From an uncultured Alphaproteobacteria bacterium (lineage in GTDB: Bacteria; Pseudomonadota; Alphaproteobacteria; ATCC43930; CGMCC-115725): DNA of 64,000 nt. Location of the stretch: NCBI GenBank assembly GCA_963762425.1, contig CAVXKY010000010.1, forward strand, positions 16,324 through 80,323, written 5' to 3'. The translations under genes and the position numbers were made by a program. This document shows, piece after piece, positions 15,776 through 28,188 of the stretch (within the stretch, counting starts at the first letter, position 1; each line of letters begins with the position of its first letter). Under the pieces are notes generated by a model that saw only the letters and a program-made list of their open reading frames with translations, was not told where the DNA came from and did no database searches.

Positions 15776-18649
15776 GTGGCCCGGCCCCGGCACGTCTATC
15801 TGATCGACGGCTCGGGCTTCATCTTCCGCGCTTACCACGCCATGCCGCCGCTGACCCGGCCCGACGGCACGCCGGTGGGCGCGGTGCTGGGCTTCACCAA
15901 CATGCTGCTGAAGCTGCGGCAGGAAACCGACGCCGACCACATCGCGGTGGTGTTCGACGTCGCGCGCAAGACCTTCCGCGACCGGATTTATCCCGCCTAC
16001 AAGGCCAACCGGCCCGAGCCACCCGAGGATCTGATTCCCCAATTCGCCCTGGTGCGCGAGGCCACCGACGCCTTTTCCATCTGCCGCATCGAGCAGGAGG
16101 ATTACGAGGCCGACGATCTGATCGCCACCTATGCGCGCGAGGCGGTGAAGGATGGCGCGCGCGTCACCATCGTCTCCTCCGACAAGGATTTGATGCAGCT
16201 GGTCAACGACAAGGTCGAGATGTTCGACCCCATGCGCGAGCGGCCGATCCGCGCCGCCGAGGTCAAGGAGAAATTCGGCGTCGGCCCGGACAAGGTGATC
16301 GACGTCCAGGCTTTGTGCGGCGACAGCGTCGACAACGTTCCCGGCGTGCCCGGCATCGGCGTCAAGACTGCGGCCGAACTCATCAACCAATACGGCGATC
16401 TCGAAAATCTTTTGAAAAAAGCGGGCGAGATCAAGCAGCCCAAGCGCCGCCAGTCCCTGCTCGACCACGCCGAGGATGCGCGCATCTCGAAAAGACTCGT
16501 CACCCTCGACGACCATGTGAAGCTGCCCCGCAAGCTCGCCGAGCTCGAAGCCAAGCCGATCGATCCGGAAAAACTCGCGGCCTTCCTGCGCGCGCAGAAT
16601 TTCAAGAGCCTGCTCAACCGCCTCGCGGGCAAGCTCGGCGAGGCCGCCAAAGCCGCGCCGGAACCAAAAGCCGCGGCCAGAGCCGCGCCCAAGGAACCGG
16701 AATTCGCGCCGCCCGAGCCCGGCGTTCCGCCCGCCGCCGCGGTCAAGCCATCCGCGCCCGACGCGCCCGCCGATCTCGCCAAGGCCAAGCATCGTTACGA
16801 GCTGGTGCAGGATTTGGTCTCGCTCGAAAGCTGGATCGCGGAGGCCACATTATTGGGCGAAGTCGCGGTCGATACCGAGACGACATCGCTCGACGCCTCG
16901 CTGGCGGAACTGGTGGGCGTGTCGCTGGCGCTCGAGCCGGGCCGCGCCTGTTACATCCCCTTGGGCCATGTCGCGAGCGCGGCCAGGGCGCGCTCGATCT
17001 CGGCGGCGATGCCAAGGCCCGGCCCGAGGCGCCCAGGCAAATCCCGCTCAAAGCCGCGCTGGCGAAATTGAAGCCGCTGTTGGAGGACGACTCCGTCCTC
17101 AAGATCGGCCAGAACATCAAATACGACATCGCCGTGCTGGCGCGTTACGGGATCGCCGTGGCGCCGATCGATTGCACCATGCTGATCTCCTTCGTGCTCG
17201 AGGCGGGCCTGCACGGCCACGGGCTCGACGAGCTGGCCAAGCTCCATTTCGGCCACGACACCATCAAGTACAAGGACGTGGCCGGTTCCGGCAAAAGCCA
17301 CACCGGCTTCGCCGCAGTGGCGCTCGACAAGGCGCGCGACTACGCCGCCGAGGACGCCGATTACACTTTGCGCCTCCACCGGCTGCTCGAAGCCGCGCCT
17401 CCTGTCCGGCCGTCATCTGGCTTTCTACGAGACCACCGAGCGCGCCATGCCCGAAGTGGTGGCCCAGATGGAAGCCTACGGCATCAAGGTCGACGCAACG
17501 CAATTGCGCCGCGCCTCGGAGGATTTCGCCAAGCGCATGGGGGAACTGGAGGTCGAAATCCACTCTCTCGCCGGCCATCCCTTCAACATCGCCTCGCCGC
17601 AACAGCTCGGCAAAGTGCTCTTCGACGAGCTGAAGCTCGCTTCCGGCCGCAAGACCAAGACCGGCGCCTATGGCACCGACGCCGATGTGCTGGAGGAACT
17701 CGCGTCCGAACACGCGCTCCCCGCCCGGGTGCTCGATTGGCGCCAATTGTCGAAGCTCAAATCGACCTATGCCGACGCGCTGGTGGCGCAGATCAATCCC
17801 CGCACCGGCCGCGTCCACACCAGCTACTCGCTCGCGGGCGCCTCCACCGGCCGGCTCGCCTCGACCGATCCCAATCTCCAGAACATCCCGGTCCGGACCG
17901 AGGAAGGGCGCAAGATCCGCCATGCCTTCATCGCCGAGAAGGGCCATGTGCTGCTCTCGGCCGATTACAGCCAGATCGAGCTGCGCCTGGCCGCCCACGT
18001 GGCCGACGTCGCGGCCTTGAAACAGGCCTTCGCCGAGGGCATCGACATTCACGCCGCCACCGCCAGCGAGGTGTTCGGCGTGCCGGTCAAGGGCATGGAC
18101 CCCAATCTGCGGCGGCGCGCCAAGGCGATCAATTTCGGCATTCTCTACGGCATCAGCGCCTTTGGCCTGGCCAGCCAGATCGATGTGCCCCAGGCCGAGG
18201 CGGCGCAATACATCAAGGCCTATTTCCAGCGTTTCCCCGGCATCCGCGCCTACATGGAAGAAACCAAGGCCTTCGCGCGCGAACACGGCTATGTCGAAAC
18301 CATCTTCGGGCGGCGCTGCTATCTCCGCGGCATCAAGGACGCGAACCAGTCGGTGCGCGGTTTCTCCGAACGCGCCGCCATCAACGCGCCCCTGCAGGGC
18401 GCCGCCGCCGACATCATCAAGCGCGCCATGCGCCGCATCCCGCCCGCGCTGGAAAAAGCCGGCTTAAGCGCGCGCATGCTGCTCCAGGTGCATGACGAAT
18501 TGGTCTTCGAGGTGGCGGAAAAAGAGGTCGATGAGACCGCCGCCCTGGTCAAGCGGGTGATGGAAGGCGCGGCGATGCCGGTGGTCGAGCTTTCCGTGCC
18601 CTTGGTGGTCGACACCGGCTCGGCCAAGCACTGGGACGAGGCGCATTAG
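15776..18649 (+). pseudogene. polA: DNA polymerase I, interrupted by two compensating single-base frameshifts
   Basis: The 5'-3' exonuclease region (YLIDGSGFIFRAYHA) is in the frame of ORF 15776. The 3'-5' exonuclease core (QIPLKAALAKLKPLLEDDSVLKIGQNIKYD) is readable only in the frame of ORF 16315. The polymerase domain (ORF 17447; DYSQIELR, QVHDELVFE) is back in the first frame. The shifts are at about 16970, just after PLGH, and at about 17389, an extra g in ctgctc-g-aagccg. Confidence 0.9.
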
Positions 18650-18702
18650 CGTAGCAAAGGCCGCGCAGGGGCGCGGCCGTCTTGCGAAGGAAAGAAGAAT
18701 CA

Positions 18703-18903
18703 ATGCGCAAAACACTCCTCTGGATCGGCATTCTCGCGCTCTTGATGGGAATCCTCTTTATCGGGCAGGGGACCGGCTATTTCCCCTATCCGCGCGAGAG
18801 CTTCATGATCGATGAAATGCCCTGGGCCTGGCGCGGCCTCGGGCTTGCCATCGCGGGCCTGGCCGCGATGGCGATCGCGGTGTTCCGCCGGCCTCCCGGC
18901 TGA
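18703..18903 (+). CDS. Small membrane protein
   Basis: MRKTLLWIGILALLMGILFIGQGTGYFPY...GLGLAIAGLAAMAIAVF. Two TM segments, AAGGAAAG upstream. Confidence 0.5.
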   Translation: MRKTLLWIGILALLMGILFIGQGTGYFPYPRESFMIDEMPWAWRGLGLAIAGLAAMAIAVFRRPPG

Positions 18904-18984
18904 GTAGTTTCCGAAGCTGATGTCCCCGTCCCGGTCTTGATACGGTCGCATCGAGATTCTGAATTTATGTCAGAGGAGGGACAA

Positions 18985-19176
18985 ATGCCCTTACTTCAAT
19001 TGGTCATCGTGTTGGGCGTCATCGGCGTCATGCTCTATGTCGTCAACAACTACATACCGATGGACGGCAAGATCAAAAGCATCCTGAACGCGGTCGTCGT
19101 CATCGGCGTCGTTATCTGGCTGCTCCAGGCATTCGGCCTGATGCAACAGCTCGAGAATTTCCGCATCGGTTCTTGA
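18985..19176 (+). CDS. Small membrane protein (resembles the Thivi_2564 family)
   Basis: GAGGAGGG RBS then MPLLQLVIVLGVIGVMLYVVNNYIPMDGKIKSILNAVVVIGVVIWLLQAFG. Confidence 0.55.
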   Translation: MPLLQLVIVLGVIGVMLYVVNNYIPMDGKIKSILNAVVVIGVVIWLLQAFGLMQQLENFRIGS

Positions 19177-19318
19177 GACTTGCCGCATCGGATCAGGCGG
19201 AAACTCGCCCGAACGCGCCGCGCGGAAATACGGCGCGGGACCGGCCGCGCTTGCCGCGTCGCGGCTGGTTCAATTCCCGGCATTTGAGACAAACCGACTT
19301 CATTAAATTTTTAACATC

Positions 19319-19334
19319 TTAACGCCGGTTTAAC
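19319..19334 (+). promoter_or_regulatory. CtrA-type box TTAA-N7-TTAAC upstream of the flp pilin gene
   Basis: TTAACGCCGGTTTAAC, 60 nt upstream of the flp ATG, with extra TTAA half-sites at 19303 and 19311 in an AT-rich stretch. Confidence 0.45.
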
Positions 19335-19393
19335 GCCTTGGGTGCAGAGTCGCTCATCGAACGCGTCCGTAGCTGCCCTCAGGAGAGACCATC

Positions 19394-19552
19394 ATGAAGA
19401 CCCTTGCCAAACTTTTCCGCGACGAGTCCGGCGCGACCGCCATCGAGTATGGCCTGATCGCCGCTCTCATCGCCGTCGTCATCGTCACCGCTTTGACCAC
19501 CGTCGGCGGCAATTTGAAGAACACCTTCAACACCGTCGCGACCAACCTGTAG
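19394..19552 (+). CDS. Flp family type IVb pilin (orphan; no tad/cpa genes in the window)
   Basis: Below the ORF-track cutoff. AGGAGAG RBS. MKTLAKLFRDESGATAIEYGLIAALIAVVIVTALTTVGGNLKNTFNTVATNL, with the Flp motif G/ATAIEYGLI. Confidence 0.85.
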   Translation: MKTLAKLFRDESGATAIEYGLIAALIAVVIVTALTTVGGNLKNTFNTVATNL

Positions 19553-19582
19553 TCGACATAGGCGCCTGGAGCGCTGAAACGA

Positions 19583-19612
19583 AACCCCCGGTCCGCGGAC
19601 CGGGGGTTTTGT
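19583..19612. terminator. Bidirectional rho-independent terminator between flp and the monooxygenase gene
   Basis: AACCCCCGGTC-CGC-GGACCGGGGGTT followed by TTTGTTATTT; A-rich on the other side. Confidence 0.7.
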
Positions 19613-21129
19613 TATTTCACCCACGCCTTGAGATATGCCTCCACCGCCTTGTACTCGCCGTTGCCCGCGATCAGGCCGAGATAGCCGTCGGGGCGGATGA
19701 GATAGAATCCGTTGGCGTAATCGCCGCCCGGCAGGCAGGGCAGGAACTTGACGCCAGGGCCGAAGCGCCGGGCGAGATCGCGTCCATCCTTCTCGTCGGC
19801 GCCGGATGACAGGAAGGTGAATCCGCCGGGGTCGAGCGCGTCGAACAACCGCGCGCGTCCCCCGCCCAGCAGCACCAGCTCGGAATCGGGCGCGCGGCCG
19901 CCGGGCTTGAGCCCGCTCTTGGGCGCGCCCCTGCCTTTCCGGCTGAGCGCGCTGCCGGGATAGGCAATATTGAGCTCGGTCATGGCGGCGGCGAAGGCGC
20001 GGCGGAACCGGGGCAGCTTCATCAAAAGCCACGCCGCCGCGTTCCGCGCCATCCGTCCCGGCTTGTTCCGGATGGTGGCGATATGCGTCAGCCGCGCGGC
20101 GTTCCGCAACACCATCGCGCCCACCTCGCCGCGCTCGCTCGAATAGGTTTCGAGCAAATCCTCGCCAGCTTTGCCCTTGGCATGGAGCGCCAGTTTCCAG
20201 CCCAGATTGAACGCGTCCTGCATGCCGGTGTTCATGCCCTGGCCGCCCGCCGGGCTGTGGATATGCGCCGCGTCGCCCAACAGGAAAACCCGGCCCCGGC
20301 TGTACTCCTTCACCTTGCGCTCGTTGATGGCGAAGAAGGAAAGCCAGGCCGGGTCGAACGCCACCATGCCGCCCGGCCCGCGCCGGTCGAGAAATCCCTG
20401 GATGTGGCCGAGGGTCGCGGGCACGTTTCCCGCCGGGGGCGGCGTGCCCTTTCCCCAATCGGCGATGATGCGGTAACGCCCCTCGGTCATCGGGAAAATC
20501 GCCAACACCCCCTCGCCGTGCCAGAACAGCAGCAGCTCGCCCGGATCGGGATGGTTCCTGAGCTTCACGTCGCCCAGCATCCACACGCCCTGCTCGGAAA
20601 CGCCGTCGAAGGCGAATCCCAGCTTGTGGCGCACCAGGCTGTGCGCGCCGTCGCAGCCGAGCAGGTAATCGGCCTGCACGCTTTCGGTCTTGCCGTCGGC
20701 GCGGATCAGGCGCGCCGTCACGCCTTCGGCGCCGGCCGTGAAATCGGCCAGCTCGACATCGCGCTCGACCTTGACGCCTTGACGCGCGAGATGCGCCTCC
20801 AACAGCCGCTCGGTCTCGCTTTGCGGCACGAACAGCGCGAAGGGATAGGGCGTTTCGATGCCCTCGAAGCCGATGGTGGCGAGACGGCGCTTGCCCGCGT
20901 ACAGCCTTGCCGAGGTGATCTTCCGCCCGGTTTCCAGGAACGCGTCGGCCGCGCCCGCGAAGCGCAGCAATTCCAGCGTGCGCGGCCACACCACCAGCGC
21001 CTTCGACAGTCCGGTGCGCGCTTGCTCCTTCTCGACGATGCGGCAGGAAACGCCGCGCCGCGCGAGTTCCGCCACCAGGGTGAGTCCGACCGGGCCCGCG
21101 CCCGCCACCAACGCCGTCAGCTTGGCCAT
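19612..21129 (-). CDS. FAD-dependent monooxygenase (aromatic-ring hydroxylase family) with a C-terminal thioredoxin-like domain
   Basis: GAGPVGL dinucleotide motif, CDGAHSLVR, LLGDAAHIHSPAGGQGMNTGMQDAFNLGWKLA. Confidence 0.88.
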   Translation of the reverse strand: MAKLTALVAGAGPVGLTLVAELARRGVSCRIVEKEQARTGLSKALVVWPRTLELLRFAGAADAFLETGRKITSARLYAGKRRLATIGFEGIETPYPFALFVPQSETERLLEAHLARQGVKVERDVELADFTAGAEGVTARLIRADGKTESVQADYLLGCDGAHSLVRHKLGFAFDGVSEQGVWMLGDVKLRNHPDPGELLLFWHGEGVLAIFPMTEGRYRIIADWGKGTPPPAGNVPATLGHIQGFLDRRGPGGMVAFDPAWLSFFAINERKVKEYSRGRVFLLGDAAHIHSPAGGQGMNTGMQDAFNLGWKLALHAKGKAGEDLLETYSSERGEVGAMVLRNAARLTHIATIRNKPGRMARNAAAWLLMKLPRFRRAFAAAMTELNIAYPGSALSRKGRGAPKSGLKPGGRAPDSELVLLGGGRARLFDALDPGGFTFLSSGADEKDGRDLARRFGPGVKFLPCLPGGDYANGFYLIRPDGYLGLIAGNGEYKAVEAYLKAWVK

Positions 21130-21182
21130 GCCCTAGTGTGGCGGGAGCGATGCGCGCCAGTCCAGCGCCGCGTCGCTCGCGT

Positions 21183-21782
21183 TCATCGTCCGCTCTTGAC
21201 GCGGGCGATCAGACTTTCGACCGCGGGCAGCATGTGGGCGACCAGGATCTTGTAGCCGTCGGCATTGGGATGCTGGCCGTCGCCGGCGATGTCGCTCGAG
21301 CCGAGTATCGGCCACTGTTCGTAATCGACACCGTCGCGCGCGGCGACGTCGGAATAATCCAGCCCCTTGGCGCCGATCAGGAGCACGAGGATGCCGCGCG
21401 CTTGGAGTTTGCCCAGCAGGGTATCGAGATTGGCCTTGGTCACCGCCGGGTCGACCGGCGATTCCCGGCCGATGGCCCGCGTGTCGTTAGGGCCGAATTC
21501 AACGAGCGCGATCTTCGTTCCGGGCGGCACCGCCGTATCGACGCGCGCCAAGGCGGTGGCGGTCCGGTCGCCGTCCTCGCCGGCGTTCCGGATGGCAACG
21601 TCGTCGCCCTTGGCCTTGAGCAGGGATTCGAGCTGCGCCGGATATGCCTGTTGCGGGTTGTCGAGATAGCGGCCGGTCGTCCAGCTGTCGCCGAAGGCGA
21701 CGATGCCGACCGTGGCCGCGCTTGCCGGGCCGCCCGCCGAGGCGAGAATCGCCAGAACCAGGACGCCGGGCGGAAATCTCAT
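21183..21782 (-). CDS. SGNH/GDSL family hydrolase (arylesterase/TesA-like), secreted
   Basis: Signal peptide, block I FGDSWT, block III EFGPND, block V DGQHPN. Confidence 0.8.
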   Translation of the reverse strand: MRFPPGVLVLAILASAGGPASAATVGIVAFGDSWTTGRYLDNPQQAYPAQLESLLKAKGDDVAIRNAGEDGDRTATALARVDTAVPPGTKIALVEFGPNDTRAIGRESPVDPAVTKANLDTLLGKLQARGILVLLIGAKGLDYSDVAARDGVDYEQWPILGSSDIAGDGQHPNADGYKILVAHMLPAVESLIARVKSGR

Positions 21783-21819
21783 CGGCGATGCCCCAATCCG
21801 CCCCGGCGGCCCAACCGCC

Positions 21820-23442
<1,623 letters not shown>

Positions 23443-23624
23443 AAGCGTGTCTCCTCTAGGGGTTCCCGATAGACGGCGTTGCCGGCATTGCGTCGCGGCG
23501 CGTCCGAACCCCCCGGTCGCGCCGTCCGCCGGCTTGAATTCAAATATAACGGTTTAGAACCGTTCTGCAACTTTACCCGTAAGGGACTGACTGGACATGG
23601 TAAATGCCGCTTTTTGCGGCGCTT

Positions 23625-24086
23625 TTACAGCCCCTTGGCGCCGGGCGGGAACAAATCCTCGGGCGCGATCCAGGCGATGCGGCCGAAGCCTTCGACCAGA
23701 TGCGCGCGCGAGACCTTCATGCGGTAACACGCGAAATCCCCGAAACCCGCATAGGTCGATGCTGCGGGGTGGCGAGCGAGAAAGCGCGATTTGAGGCGTT
23801 CGTCGCTCTTGCGCTCGAAACTGCCGAGCAAGGTCACGCGCGGCCCGGCCAGCGCATCCGCCAATCCCGCCGTGCCGTCGATCAAGAGCGCGGCGCGCGC
23901 GTCGCGTTTCAAATTCTTGGCGTGCTCGGCGAGATCGGACAGCAGCAGGATGGGCGAACCGTCCTCGTCCTCGGCCACCAGCACCAGCGAGGCGTAAGGC
24001 GCGCCGTCGAGCAGCGTCGCCAGGGTCGCGCGCCCGGCCTCGTGCAGCAGCGCCCGCGCCTTGGCGCCCTGTTCCGCGCCGCTCAT
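23625..24086 (-). CDS. Pyridoxamine 5'-phosphate oxidase-related FMN-binding / HugZ-like protein
   Basis: MSGAEQGAKARALLHEAGRATLATL..GAPYASLVLVAEDEDGSPILLLSDLAEH. ATGA overlap with the upstream MFS gene. Confidence 0.65.
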   Translation of the reverse strand: MSGAEQGAKARALLHEAGRATLATLLDGAPYASLVLVAEDEDGSPILLLSDLAEHAKNLKRDARAALLIDGTAGLADALAGPRVTLLGSFERKSDERLKSRFLARHPAASTYAGFGDFACYRMKVSRAHLVEGFGRIAWIAPEDLFPPGAKGL

Positions 24087-25276
24087 TCCGCCGCCACGGG
24101 CGCCGCCTGCGACGCCGAGGCCTTGCGCGGGAAGAACCAGGCGGTAACCAAGGTGCCGCAAGCCAGCGCCGCCAGCACCGCGAACAAGCCGACGAAGCCC
24201 TGGGGCCGGGGCGGGATAGTCGCCACCAAGGGCACGGCCAGCGAGGACGCGCCGAAGGACACGACATAACGCACGGCATAGACCCGCGAGCGCCAGGCGT
24301 CATGGGCGTAACGCGCCACCATGGCGTCGGTGATCGGGATGATGCCGAACACCACGAACATCATCGCCACCGCCACCGCCAGCATCGGCCCGTTGTCGAG
24401 CATCCCCGCCAGCAGCAGCAGCGGCAGCTGCAAGGCGGCGAAAGGCAGGAACACGTCGCGCAACGGCCTTCCGTCGATCAGCCGCCCGACCAGAAGCTGC
24501 GCCAGCGCGGCGATGACATAGACCAGACACACCAGCGCGCCCACGCCCAGCGTCGTGTGCACCAGCGCGGGCAGCCGCTCGTCGAACAGCTTGGGCATGG
24601 CGATGGTGGTGGCGTTGAAGATGATCGCGCCGAACACGGTCGCCGCGGTCAACAGCGCGAAGACACGCTTGGTCTCGTCGTCATGCACGACGCGGCCCGT
24701 GCCGCCGGCGATAGTCGAGGCCGGCGCCGGCGCGCTCGGCACCAGCAAGGCAAAGGCCAATCCGGCGAGAATCGCCAGTGATCCGGGAACGAAGAACGCC
24801 GCGCGCCAGCCGGCGTATTCGGCCAACGCGCCCGAACTCAGCGCGGCGAAGGCGACGCCGAGATTGCCGCACAGCCCGTTCCAGCCCAAGGCGCGGCCCA
24901 TCTTCACCTTGTCCTTGACCAGCATGGCGATGCCGACCGGGTGATAGATCGACGCGAACAATCCCACCAGCGTCAATCCGGCCGCGATCTGCCAGGGCGA
25001 TTGGGCGAGCCCGGTCAGGATCGCGGCTCCGCCGATGCCGGTGAAAAACAGGATCATCATCGGCCGCCTGCCCCAGCGGTCGCCGAGCCAGCCCGCGGGA
25101 AGGGATCCGGCGCCGAAGGCCACGAATCCGCCCAGCGCCAGCGGCAGCATGGAGCGGTAATCGCGGCCGAATTCGGCTGTCATGGCCAGAATCACGGTCG
25201 GGAAGATCAGCATCATCAGATGGTCGAGCGCGTGGCCCAGATTGAGGAAGGCGGCGCTGATTCGGGTCTTGTCCAT
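24083..25276 (-). CDS. MFS transporter
   Basis: 397-aa ORF, 12 predicted TM segments, GWLGDRWGRRPMM loop motif. Confidence 0.85.
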   Translation of the reverse strand: MDKTRISAAFLNLGHALDHLMMLIFPTVILAMTAEFGRDYRSMLPLALGGFVAFGAGSLPAGWLGDRWGRRPMMILFFTGIGGAAILTGLAQSPWQIAAGLTLVGLFASIYHPVGIAMLVKDKVKMGRALGWNGLCGNLGVAFAALSSGALAEYAGWRAAFFVPGSLAILAGLAFALLVPSAPAPASTIAGGTGRVVHDDETKRVFALLTAATVFGAIIFNATTIAMPKLFDERLPALVHTTLGVGALVCLVYVIAALAQLLVGRLIDGRPLRDVFLPFAALQLPLLLLAGMLDNGPMLAVAVAMMFVVFGIIPITDAMVARYAHDAWRSRVYAVRYVVSFGASSLAVPLVATIPPRPQGFVGLFAVLAALACGTLVTAWFFPRKASASQAAPVAAE

Positions 25277-25461
25277 GTGGTCTTGCTTGCTTTCGCCGAA
25301 GGGCCATATTCTATCGCAATATAGACATCGGGATAGACCGGCGAAACGCCCTTGCCGGCCGCCGCCGCGCCGCTTGGCGGGGGAATCGGGCCCGCCCTAA
25401 AGCCGCCACTTTTGGGGATATGGAATGAGCCTCGTTGTAATATTTTTAAGGGGAGGAAGGT

Positions 25462-26160
25462 TTGCCTAATACCATCGCCCTGGTCGACGACGACAAGAAC
25501 ATCCTGACCTCGCTGTCGGTGGCGCTGGAGGCCGAAGGCTTCGCCGTGCGGACATATTCCGACGGCGGCGAGGCCTTGAAGGCGTTGACCGCCCAGCCGG
25601 CCGACGTCGCCATTCTCGACATCAAGATGCCGCGCATGGACGGCATGGAACTCCTGGGCCATCTGCGCAAGAGCGGCGCCATGCCGGTGATCTTTTTGAC
25701 ATCCAAGGACGACGAGGTCGACGAGGTGCTGGGCCTGCGCATGGGCGCCGACGACTACATCAAGAAGCCGTTTTCGCAACGCCTGCTGGTGGAACGCATC
25801 CGCGCGCTGCTGCGCCGCGGCGAGATCATGCGCGGCGACGGCGAAGCCGCTTCCGAACCGGCGATCCAGCGCGGCGAGCTGACGCTCGATCCGGGCCGCC
25901 ACCAATGCAGCTGGAAAGGCCAGGGCGTCGACCTGACCGTGACCGAATTCCTGATCCTGAAATCGCTCGCGACCCGGCCCGGCCACGTCAAGAGCCGCGA
26001 CCAGCTGATGGACGGCGCCTATGGCGAGCACATCTATGTCGACGACCGCACCATCGACAGCCACATCAAGCGCCTGAGGAAGAAATTCAAGGCGGTGGAC
26101 ACCGATTTCGCCCAGATCGAAACCCTCTATGGCGTCGGATACCGCTACCGCGACGCCTGA
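25462..26160 (+). CDS. chvI: OmpR-family response regulator, ChvI-like
   Basis: TTG start after [33 protein letters not shown] receiver domain. Winged-helix [42 protein letters not shown]. Next to pckA and a ChvG-like kinase gene. Confidence 0.88.
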   Translation: MPNTIALVDDDKNILTSLSVALEAEGFAVRTYSDGGEALKALTAQPADVAILDIKMPRMDGMELLGHLRKSGAMPVIFLTSKDDEVDEVLGLRMGADDYIKKPFSQRLLVERIRALLRRGEIMRGDGEAASEPAIQRGELTLDPGRHQCSWKGQGVDLTVTEFLILKSLATRPGHVKSRDQLMDGAYGEHIYVDDRTIDSHIKRLRKKFKAVDTDFAQIETLYGVGYRYRDA

Positions 26161-28015
26161 TCGCGCCAAGCCCCCCACACCCGGGCCCAAGGCGAGGGCC
26201 GGCGCGCGGGCGGCGTGGCGCCTCGCCCGCCGTGTCGCCGCGCTCTTCGCGCAAGCGGCCTGGGCGGCGGTGTTTCTGCTGCGCCTGATGGCGCGCGGCT
26301 TCCGGCGTTTCGGCGCGCTGCTGTGGCGGCTGTTGCGCCGCCTGGCCTGGATCGACGATGCGGCCAAAGCCGCTTCCGGGTTCGGCGCGCGCGTCGCCGC
26401 CTTGCCGGTCATCGCCTCGGCTTTGCGGTTCTACCGGCGCATCTCGCCGCTGACGCGCAGCGTGCTCGCGGTCAACGTCTTCGCGCTCGCCATCCTGGGC
26501 GGCGGCTTGCTCTATCTCGGCCAATATCAGACCGGCCTGATCGACGCCAACATCGACGCGCTCGAAACCCAGGGGCAGATCTTTGGCGCCGCCTTGGGCG
26601 AGGGCGCGGTCAGCCAGGAGCCGCAGGTGGGCCTCACCCTCGCGCCGGAAGTGGCGCGCGAAATGATCCAACGCCTGATCGAGCCGACGCTCGATACCCG
26701 CGCGCGGGTCTACGATCTGCAGGGCAATCTGATCGCCGACACCAACGAGCTGCGCGGCCCCGGCGGGCTGGTGCAGGTCTCCGTGCTGCCGCCGCCCAAT
26801 CCCGGCCTGTTCGAACGCCTGGCCGACCGCGTCTATGCCACCGTGGTCTGGCTCTTGCCGGCGGGCCGGCATTATCCGCCTTATGTCGAGCCGGAGGTCC
26901 AGACCGCGTCGTCCTATCCCGAGGTGGCGCGCGCCTTGTCGGGCGAGATATCCAGCGTGGTGCAAAGCGACCGCGAATACGGCGGCCTGGTCGTCACCGT
27001 GGCGGTGCCGGTGCAGCGCTACCGCCAGGTGCTGGGCGCGGTCCAGCTCTCGATCGGCTCGACCGACATCGACGCGGCGGTGCGTTCGGTGCGCTTCCAG
27101 ATTATCAAGGTTTTCGGCTTCGCGCTGATCGTCACCGTGCTGATGTCGCTCTATCTCGCCGGCACCATCGCGCGGCCGATCCGGCGGCTGGCCGCCGCGG
27201 CCGAGCGCGTGCGCAAGCGCCCCGGCCGCGACGCCGTCATCCCCGATCTGACCAAGCGGGGCGACGAGATCGGCGAGCTGTCGGGCGCGCTCCGCGACAT
27301 GACCGCGGCGCTGTGGCAGCGGATGGAGGCGATCGAGCGTTTCGCCGCCGACGTCGCGCACGAGATCAAGAACCCGATCACCTCCTTGAAGAGCGCGATC
27401 GAGACCGTGGTCCGGATCGACGACCCGGTGAAGCAGAAGCGGCTCTTGGCGCTGGTGATGGAGGACATCGATCGGCTCAACCGCCTGGTCACCGACATCT
27501 CCAACGCGTCTCGCCTCGACGCCGAGCTGTTCCGCGACGAATTCGCGCCCGTCCGGCTCGACCGCCTGCTTACGGCGCTGGTCGAGGTCTACGAAGCGGC
27601 CGCCCGGCCCGGCGCGCCCAAGCTGATCTTGACCGTGCCGGGCGGCGAGCTGGCGGTGCCGGGCATCGAGGACCGTCTGGTCCAGGTGTTCCGCAACCTG
27701 ATCGAGAACGCGGTTTCCTTCAGCCCGCCGGGCGGCACGATCCGGATTGCCGCGCGCCGCGACGCGGGTTTCGCGGTGGTGACGGTCGAGGATGACGGCC
27801 CGGGCATCCCGCCGGGCAAGCTCGAGGCGATCTTCGACCGCTTCTACAGCGAGCGTCCGGCGGGCGAGAAATTCGGGACCCATTCCGGCCTGGGCTTGTC
27901 GATCTCGAAGCAGATCGTCGAAACCCATCGCGGTTCGCTCAAGGCCGAAAACCGTACCGGCGCCCAAAACCGGGTCGCCGGGGCGCGCTTCATCGTCCGG
28001 TTGCCGGCGGGATGA
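26129..28015 (+). CDS. chvG: Sensor histidine kinase, ChvG/ExoS-like
   Basis: [27 protein letters not shown]1, periplasmic domain, HAMP, H-box [17 protein letters not shown] boxes. Start uncertain: the ATG at 26294 would match homologue length better. Confidence 0.85.
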   Translation: MASDTATATPDRAKPPTPGPKARAGARAAWRLARRVAALFAQAAWAAVFLLRLMARGFRRFGALLWRLLRRLAWIDDAAKAASGFGARVAALPVIASALRFYRRISPLTRSVLAVNVFALAILGGGLLYLGQYQTGLIDANIDALETQGQIFGAALGEGAVSQEPQVGLTLAPEVAREMIQRLIEPTLDTRARVYDLQGNLIADTNELRGPGGLVQVSVLPPPNPGLFERLADRVYATVVWLLPAGRHYPPYVEPEVQTASSYPEVARALSGEISSVVQSDREYGGLVVTVAVPVQRYRQVLGAVQLSIGSTDIDAAVRSVRFQIIKVFGFALIVTVLMSLYLAGTIARPIRRLAAAAERVRKRPGRDAVIPDLTKRGDEIGELSGALRDMTAALWQRMEAIERFAADVAHEIKNPITSLKSAIETVVRIDDPVKQKRLLALVMEDIDRLNRLVTDISNASRLDAELFRDEFAPVRLDRLLTALVEVYEAAARPGAPKLILTVPGGELAVPGIEDRLVQVFRNLIENAVSFSPPGGTIRIAARRDAGFAVVTVEDDGPGIPPGKLEAIFDRFYSERPAGEKFGTHSGLGLSISKQIVETHRGSLKAENRTGAQNRVAGARFIVRLPAG

Positions 28016-28188
28016 GGGGGCTCATGTTGCAGAGCAATATCGAACCCCGGGACTGTCACAAACGGCCCCGGTAACCGGCCGGGGTAACCAGCTAAGTGCA
28101 TCAATTGATTGAGAGATTTTAAATTCACCCGGACCGGGAGCCGTCACACCATTGACTTTGCATCAAGAGCGGCGCACCTAAGCGCCCG

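Noticed and set aside
16960-17400. Programmed ribosomal frameshifting as an explanation for the polA frame changes, and likewise for the trpA/trpB and addAB frame changes
   Set aside because: There are no slippery heptamers or downstream structures at the shift sites, and the shifts occur in both directions. The affected genes have no precedent for recoding, so indels (technical or mutational) are the simpler explanation.
28095-28125. ATCAATTGAT palindrome between chvG and hprK, considered as an FNR/CRP site
   Set aside because: It is a 10-bp contiguous palindrome without the N4 or N6 spacer of FNR/CRP boxes, and there is only a single occurrence. It is noted only as a possible unknown operator.
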